Below the pieces are notes generated by a model, which saw only the letters and a list, made by a program, of their open reading frames with translations, did not search any database and was not told the DNA's origin. The position numbers and the translations under genes are program-made. A stretch of 32,000 nt of DNA from Caballeronia sordidicola (GTDB lineage: Bacteria; Pseudomonadota; Gammaproteobacteria; Burkholderiales; Burkholderiaceae), in NCBI RefSeq assembly GCF_000729995.1, contig NZ_JNFG01000002.1:67428-99427 (forward strand), in the 5' to 3' direction. Each line of letters begins with the position of its first letter. The stretch's first letter is position 1. Below are positions 26,672 to 32,000 of the stretch, piece by piece.

Positions 26672-26728
26672 TTATTGCCTGCAAATGGCTCAATAGCCTC
26701 ATTATGGCAATAATAGCCAATTTGTCAA
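26672..26728 (-). promoter_or_regulatory. Candidate sigma70 promoter with overlapping inverted repeat (operator) of the phd/zeta-like operon
   Basis: The minus strand reads TTGACA (plus 26723-26728), a 16-nt spacer, then CATAAT (plus 26701-26706). The 8-bp inverted repeat TTATTGCC / GGCAATAA (26672-26679 and 26706-26713) brackets the -10 to RBS interval. Confidence 0.5.
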
Positions 26729-26974
26729 ATTTGGACTTATTTGACCACGGCACTCGGAGCAAGCGGAAAATTGTTCAGTTTTTGCGAGTGTTCATAAAAA
26801 ATGAACAGACCAAATACTTGAACAACCGGGTGATCTATCTGCGACGCCCGTAATACGCGACCGGTTGATCGTGAACATGCTTCAAGGCAAGGTTCAGCAA
26901 GACAACGCCTATAGCCGGCTCGACGGTTATCTTGCCGAGTTCGAGACAGGACTGGCGCTCGCGTGACAACGCCC

Positions 26975-28354
26975 TTACTTCACAGGGTCCCGTCGAAACG
27001 ATGCACCCGTATGCTCATCCGGCAACTTCGCGCCGCGGTTGAATAACTTCTCGCGCAGGGTTCCGTCGGCGTAAGCGGTCTTGTACACACCGCGCGCCTG
27101 CAACTCCGGAATCACGAGGTCGATGAAGTCCTCGTAACTTTCGGGCGTCACGGTACGCGTCAGATTAAAACCATCGACGCCGGCTTCATCCATCCAGGAT
27201 TCCAGCGCGTCAGCCACTTGCACCGGATCGCCGACGATGGTCGTAAACCGCCCGCCGAGTTTCAACTGATCGAGCAGGCGCCGCACGGTCCAGCCGGATT
27301 GTCCGTCCGTCACGCGCTGCACCGACGACTCTATGCCGCGGCTCTTGTGACCACCCGGCGGTTCGAGTTCATCGTCGAGACCGAACTTCGAATAATCGAT
27401 ACCACTGCCCGCCGCAAAGTGAGCAAGTCCCGCTTCGGCGCTCGCATGGCTCGCGTACTCGGCGAACTTCTCCTCGGCCTCGGCCGTCGTGCGTCCCACC
27501 ACCACAGTGACGCCCATGAAAACCTTGAGACCCTCAGGGTCCCGGCCTGCCTCAGCCGCTTGCTTGCGTAATGCATCGACGAGCTTGCGCGTGCCTGCCT
27601 TGCTCTGGCTCGATACGAACACGCACTCGGCATGACGGATCGCAAACGCCTGACCCCGACCCGACGAACCCGCCTGGAATAACACAGGCGTGCGTTGCGG
27701 CGAGGGCTCGGACAAGTGATAGCCCTCCACGTCGTAGTAGCGGCCGTGATGATTGACCTTGTGGATCTTCTGCGGGTCCGCGAATACGCGTGCGCTGCGG
27801 TCACGCACGACGGCGTCGTCTTCCCAACTGCCTTCCCAGAGCTTGTACGTGACGTCGAGATATTCGTCTGCACGGTCGTAGCGTTCGTCGTGTGCAATCT
27901 GCTCGGTGAGGCCCATCGCGCGCGCGGCGCTGTCGAGATAACCGGTCACAATATTCCAGCCGATCCGCCCCTCGGTAAGATGATCGAGCGTGGAAAAACG
28001 TCGGGCCAGAAGATAGGGCGCTTCGTAAGTCAGGTTCACCGTGACGCCGAAACCAAGATGTTGCGTGACCGCCGCCATGGCGGAAACCAGCATCAGGGGA
28101 TCATTGACGGGTAACTGTATGGATTCCTTCAGCGTCAGGTCGACCGACGCCTGATAAACGTCATACGTCCCCACTATGTCCGCAATGAAAAGTCCGTCGA
28201 ACAGTCCGCGTTCAAGTAATTTCGCGAGATCCGTCCAGTATGAAAGCTTTCGGTAATCTTCTGACTGGTCTCGCGGATGCGTCCACAGACCATGATTGAT
28301 GTGGCCGACACAGTTCATATTGAACGCGTTCAGGAGGATCTTTTTCTTGCTCAT
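26975..28354 (-). CDS. LLM-class FMNH2-dependent monooxygenase, NtaA/SnaA/DszA family (paralogue 3)
   Basis: I prefer the ATG at 28354 (MSKKKILLNAFNMNCVGHINHGLWTHPRD, the typical family N-terminus). Also contains HLTEGRIGWNIVTG and the C-terminus PELQARGVYKTAY.DGTLREKL. Confidence 0.85.
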   Translation of the reverse strand: MSKKKILLNAFNMNCVGHINHGLWTHPRDQSEDYRKLSYWTDLAKLLERGLFDGLFIADIVGTYDVYQASVDLTLKESIQLPVNDPLMLVSAMAAVTQHLGFGVTVNLTYEAPYLLARRFSTLDHLTEGRIGWNIVTGYLDSAARAMGLTEQIAHDERYDRADEYLDVTYKLWEGSWEDDAVVRDRSARVFADPQKIHKVNHHGRYYDVEGYHLSEPSPQRTPVLFQAGSSGRGQAFAIRHAECVFVSSQSKAGTRKLVDALRKQAAEAGRDPEGLKVFMGVTVVVGRTTAEAEEKFAEYASHASAEAGLAHFAAGSGIDYSKFGLDDELEPPGGHKSRGIESSVQRVTDGQSGWTVRRLLDQLKLGGRFTTIVGDPVQVADALESWMDEAGVDGFNLTRTVTPESYEDFIDLVIPELQARGVYKTAYADGTLREKLFNRGAKLPDEHTGASFRRDPVK

Positions 28355-28579
28355 GGGAGTGGTGCGCGAGGGGTGGGGCTGAAGAAGGGGAGCGAACGAA
28401 GCCAACGAAAACCGCTTACATAAAGCACTTTTAGCCGCGTTTCAACGATAAAGGCAGCAGGAATGCTTACACAGTTTCAGCGTGTCGCAAACTATTGAAT
28501 TCGCATTTGCATTCCATGACACCCGAGTTTGTCGCGGTGCGTGGCGCGCAGAAGAACGAAATCGCCGGCGGTGAGAAGA

Positions 28580-28610
28580 GCAAACCCGGAGCAAACCCGG
28601 AACAAGCCCG
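28580..28610. repeat. Short tandem repeat (11-bp unit, about 2.8 copies)
   Basis: GCAAACCCGGA GCAAACCCGGA ACAAGCCCG, in the divergent intergenic region between the third monooxygenase gene and the HU gene. Confidence 0.6.
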
Positions 28611-28724
28611 CTGCCTATCCGCAAGAAAACGGATTTGCCTCTAGCGTGCGTGTCCGGTAAGGTGACGCTTCCGCCATGCAAACCGCATGGGCAGTGCGTC
28701 GTACCCATCTTTGAGAAAACAGAA

Positions 28725-29000
28725 ATGAACAAGCAAGAACTCGTTGACGCCGTGGCGTCCGCCACTGGCACGAGCAAAGCCGCGGCGGCTGAAGCTATCG
28801 ATGCATTTATCTCCACCGTCACGCAAGCCGTTGTCAGCGGCGACAGCGTTCAGTTCGTCGGCTTCGGCACCTTCAGCACCGGCGCACGCGCCGCGCGTAC
28901 GGGCCGCAATCCGAAGACTGGCGACACCATCCAGATCGCTGCCGCAAAGACGGTCAAGTTTACCGCCGGTAAAGCGTTCAAAGATCTCGTCAATCAGTAA
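28725..29000 (+). CDS. HU-family nucleoid-associated DNA-binding protein
   Basis: The ATG at 28725 gives [69 protein letters not shown]. This is the canonical HU signature. Confidence 0.95.
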   Translation: MNKQELVDAVASATGTSKAAAAEAIDAFISTVTQAVVSGDSVQFVGFGTFSTGARAARTGRNPKTGDTIQIAAAKTVKFTAGKAFKDLVNQ

Positions 29001-29011
29001 GAATGACGAAC

Positions 29012-29042
29012 GCGTCCTTGCAGCATGTGCGGGCAAGGACGC
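29012..29042. terminator. Hairpin downstream of the HU gene, between convergent genes
   Basis: 10-bp stem GCGTCCTTGC / GCAAGGACGC with an 11-nt loop, starting 12 nt after the HU stop. No U-tract follows. Confidence 0.3.
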
Positions 29043-29105
29043 AGTCGAGCGGCGCTTAAACTTCGTCCGATCTTTATCAGACGAATGCGCCGTATCGATT
29101 CAGCT

Positions 29106-30284
29106 TCAGGAAGTGTGCGTGCTCCCAAGCATGCCGCGCGCCGCCAGGTTGCCATAAAGCGCACGTACTCCGAACGTCCAGGGCGTAATTTCCGTCGATA
29201 ACCGCACGGTGTTCACGATCGCGCCCAGCGATGGCGTAGAGATGGTCACCACGTCGCCCAGATGATGCGTGAAGCCGCCACCGGGCGTATCGCGATCCTT
29301 GATCGGCGAGAACATGGTGCCGAGAAACAACATGAAGCCGTCCGGATACTGATGATGCGCACCATGCGTCTGCGCCACCAGGTCGGCCGGATCGCGGCTG
29401 ATCTCGCGCATGTGGCTGACGCCGTCCAGTACAAAACCATCGTCCGCACCTTCAATGCGCAGCGACACGCTCGCCTCGCGCACGGTGTCGAGCGTGAACG
29501 TTCCATCGAACAGTCGCACGAACGGACCGATCGAGCATGAACCGTTGTTGTCCTTTGCCTTGCCGAGCAGCAACGCGGAGCGGCCTTCAATGTCGCGCAG
29601 GTTCACGTCGTTGCCGAGCGTCGCACCCACGATTGCGCCCGCGCTGTTCACCGCCAGCACGATTTCCGGCTCGGGATTATTCCACTTCGAAGTCGGATAC
29701 AAACCCACATCCGCACCGAATCCAACCGATGACATGGGTTGTGATTTTGAAAATACTTCGGCATCCGGACCAATTCCGACTTCCATGTATTGCGACCACG
29801 CGCCGCGCCGCTCGAGTTCGGCTTTCAACTTTGCCGCCGCTTCGGAACCGGGTTTTATCTTCGACAGATCCGCACCGATCAACTCGTTGATCATCGAACG
29901 GGTTTCCTGCGCCTTGCTTGCATCGCCGCCCGCGTGTTCTTCGATCACGCGTTCGAGCAGGCTCACCGCGAACGTCACGCCGCATGCCTTCACCGCTTGC
30001 ACGTCGCACGGTGCGAGCAAATGCGTGGTCTGTGTGGATGCATTAAGCGACGCGCTGATCAGCGCATCGACTGAGCCTAGCGATTCGCCCGGTGCATGGC
30101 GCGCGATCTCAACGGCATCGTCGCGATCGAAAAGATCGGCGGTGGTGGCGACGGTCGATGTGATGTCGACGACTTCGCCACGCCGCACCACGATCACCGA
30201 CGGACCGCTGACAGGCGCGGGCCGCCAGACGCGGCCGATCAGCAGCGCGTCGTTTAGGTCGGAGGGGAGGTAAGCGTGAGGCAT
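29106..30284 (-). CDS. Fumarylacetoacetate hydrolase (FAH)-family protein, XylX-like 2-keto-3-deoxy-pentonate dehydratase candidate
   Basis: 392 aa. Contains FAH-type metal and active-site strings NPEPEIVLAV and GNDVNLRDIEG. Its size, and its position next to an IlvD/Edd dehydratase, match the Weimberg-type pentonate pathway arrangement. Confidence 0.75.
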   Translation of the reverse strand: MPHAYLPSDLNDALLIGRVWRPAPVSGPSVIVVRRGEVVDITSTVATTADLFDRDDAVEIARHAPGESLGSVDALISASLNASTQTTHLLAPCDVQAVKACGVTFAVSLLERVIEEHAGGDASKAQETRSMINELIGADLSKIKPGSEAAAKLKAELERRGAWSQYMEVGIGPDAEVFSKSQPMSSVGFGADVGLYPTSKWNNPEPEIVLAVNSAGAIVGATLGNDVNLRDIEGRSALLLGKAKDNNGSCSIGPFVRLFDGTFTLDTVREASVSLRIEGADDGFVLDGVSHMREISRDPADLVAQTHGAHHQYPDGFMLFLGTMFSPIKDRDTPGGGFTHHLGDVVTISTPSLGAIVNTVRLSTEITPWTFGVRALYGNLAARGMLGSTHTS

Positions 30285-30338
30285 GTTGTGCGTCTCCAGA
30301 AGGTTTCCAGAAGGATGATGGACAGGCGCCCGTGCGCC

Positions 30339-32000
30339 TCAGTGGTTGTGCCGCGATTCGCCGCGCGTCTCGACGATGTTGAGATACAGCGTCGCCGGTT
30401 CGAGGCACGCGCCGCTGCCGTGCTGTCCGACCATGCTGCGATAAATCTCTTCCCACGGTGTCAGGTTTTTCAGCACAGGCGGCTTCCATGCTGCGCGACG
30501 TTGGGCAAGTTCAGCCTCAGGGATCATCAGGTCGACCTTGCGCGACTTCAGGTCGATGCGGATCTTGTCGCCCGATACGAGCAGCGCGATCCCGCCGCCA
30601 ACGGCCGCTTCCGGCGACACGTTGAGAATGGACGGACTCGCCGACGTACCGCTCTGACGGCCGTCGCCGATCGTAGGCAAGGTGTCGATACCGCGCTTGA
30701 GCAGCGCCGCCGGCGGCTGCATGTTGACCACTTCCGCGCCGCCTGGAAAGCCTACCGGACCGCAATTGCGGATAACGAGAATCGAGCGTTCGTCGACGCC
30801 GGTTGCCGGGTCTTCAATCCGCTCGTGATAGTCCTCGGGGCCCTCGAATACGACCACCTTGCCCTCGAACACATCGGGATGATCCGGGTCGGCGAGGAAG
30901 CGCTTGCGGAACGCCTCATCGATCACGCTGACCTTCATGACCGCGCTGTCAAAGAGGTTGCCCGACAGCACAACGTATCCGGCCGACTCTTTCAGCGGGT
31001 TTGCGTACGCGCGAATCACTTCGCGATCGGGCGTTGGCACGGCGGCGAGATCGTCGGCCAGCGTGCGCCCCGTCACCGTGCGCACCGCGCTGTTGAGCCT
31101 GCCTGCATCCAGCAGTTCCTTCATCACGGCCGGCACGCCGCCTGCACGATGAAACGCTTCGCCGAGGAAACGTCCGGCGGGCTGGCAGTCCACCAGTAAC
31201 GGGACCTCGGGGCCAAGCCGCTGCCAGTCTTCCAGCGTGTGATCCACACCCATGTGCCGCGCAATTGCGATCATGTGAATCGGACAATTCGATGAAGCAC
31301 CGAGCGCCGCCGCCGCGACCACGGCGTTTTCGAATGCGCCCTTGGTCATGATGTCCGATGGGCGCAAATTCTCCGCCACCATGCCGACGATACGCTTGCC
31401 GGTCGCATACGCCATCCATCCACGCTCGCGATGCGGCCCGGGAATCGCCGCGCAACCGGGCAATGACATGCCGAGTGCTTCAGCAAGCGAGTTCATGGAG
31501 AGGGCCGTACCCATCGTGTTGCAATGCCCGACCGACGGTGCGGAAGCAGCCACCATGTCCATGAAACCAGGGTAGTCGATATCGCCGGCGGACAAGCGTT
31601 TGCGCGCATCCCAGATCACCGTGCCGGAGCCGGCAAGCTTGCCGTGATACCAGCCGTCGAGCATCGGTCCGCCCGACAACACGATGGCAGGAATGTTGAC
31701 CGTGGCGGCAGCCATCAGGCATGCAGGCGTGGTCTTGTCGCAGCCGGTGGTGAGCACGACGCCGTCGATGGGATAGCCGTGCAGGATTTCAACGAGACCG
31801 AGATAAGCGAGGTTGCGATCGAGCGCGGCGGTGGGGCGCTTGCCGGTTTCCTGGATCGGGTGAACGGGGAATTCGAGCGGAATGCCGCCTGCGTCGCGGA
31901 TGCCGTCGCGTACGCGGCTCGCGAGTTCGAGATGATGGCGGTTGCACGGCGCGAGATCCGAGCCTGTCTGCGCGATGCCGATGATCGGCTTGCCCGACTG
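30339..32000 (-). CDS. IlvD/Edd-family sugar-acid dehydratase (arabinonate/xylonate type), 5' end outside the window
   Basis: The reading frame stays open to position 32000 (..SGKPIIGIAQTGSDLAPCNRHH..). Contains the Fe-S motif TTGCDKTTPACLM and the active-site region ILNVSPEAAVGG. The track ORF start at 31757 is an internal GTG. Confidence 0.9.
   Translation of the reverse strand, partial: QSGKPIIGIAQTGSDLAPCNRHHLELASRVRDGIRDAGGIPLEFPVHPIQETGKRPTAALDRNLAYLGLVEILHGYPIDGVVLTTGCDKTTPACLMAAATVNIPAIVLSGGPMLDGWYHGKLAGSGTVIWDARKRLSAGDIDYPGFMDMVAASAPSVGHCNTMGTALSMNSLAEALGMSLPGCAAIPGPHRERGWMAYATGKRIVGMVAENLRPSDIMTKGAFENAVVAAAALGASSNCPIHMIAIARHMGVDHTLEDWQRLGPEVPLLVDCQPAGRFLGEAFHRAGGVPAVMKELLDAGRLNSAVRTVTGRTLADDLAAVPTPDREVIRAYANPLKESAGYVVLSGNLFDSAVMKVSVIDEAFRKRFLADPDHPDVFEGKVVVFEGPEDYHERIEDPATGVDERSILVIRNCGPVGFPGGAEVVNMQPPAALLKRGIDTLPTIGDGRQSGTSASPSILNVSPEAAVGGGIALLVSGDKIRIDLKSRKVDLMIPEAELAQRRAAWKPPVLKNLTPWEEIYRSMVGQHGSGACLEPATLYLNIVETRGESRHNH

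Noticed and set aside
1-32000. A search for CRISPR arrays, IS elements or transposases, integrases, rRNA or tRNA genes, and long direct or inverted repeats that might bound islands.
   Set aside because: I recognised none by eye. The only tandem repeat is the 11-bp unit at 28580-28610, and only short hairpins and palindromes are present. A computational repeat and tRNA scan would be needed to exclude them formally.

Overview
This 32-kb window is high in G+C (judged by eye, not computed). Protein similarities suggest a Burkholderiaceae-type genome, which is an inference. I can support about 30 protein-coding genes. I found no rRNA or tRNA genes, no CRISPR array, and no integrase or transposase.

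Layout, left to right:
1. A small toxin-antitoxin (TA) patch (90-1106): an intact AbrB/VapB-type antitoxin, a 27-codon stump of its PIN toxin, then an MNT-type nucleotidyltransferase followed by a winged-helix protein where a HEPN partner would be expected.
2. A SYLF-domain lipoprotein and a roughly 580-bp AT-rich gap.
3. A LysR regulator with a strongly basic tail, followed by a co-directional set of four genes: an unassigned protein, an MHS-family MFS transporter, a DUF2848-like protein and an amidase.
4. A higB-higA module next to DNA polymerase II (polB).
5. A Gsi/Dpp-like ABC importer, two NtaA/DszA-family flavin monooxygenases and an SfnB/DszC-like oxidoreductase. This is probably an organosulfur scavenging locus.
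6. A mosaic, lower-GC block containing a cold-shock protein, about 0.9 kb without convincing genes, a secreted Adhesin_E-like protein, a divergent PIMT-like methyltransferase, a YdhS-like FAD/NAD(P)-binding protein and a Phd-type antitoxin with a zeta-like P-loop kinase.
7. A third NtaA/DszA paralogue, HU, and a FAH-family (XylX-like) plus IlvD/Edd-family sugar-acid dehydratase pair that runs off the right edge.

The best candidates for something undescribed are the MNT + wHTH pair, the Phd + zeta-like pair, the DUF2848/amidase cluster and the reductase-less triple-monooxygenase sulfur locus. None is proven. All family calls come from motif recognition without database searches.
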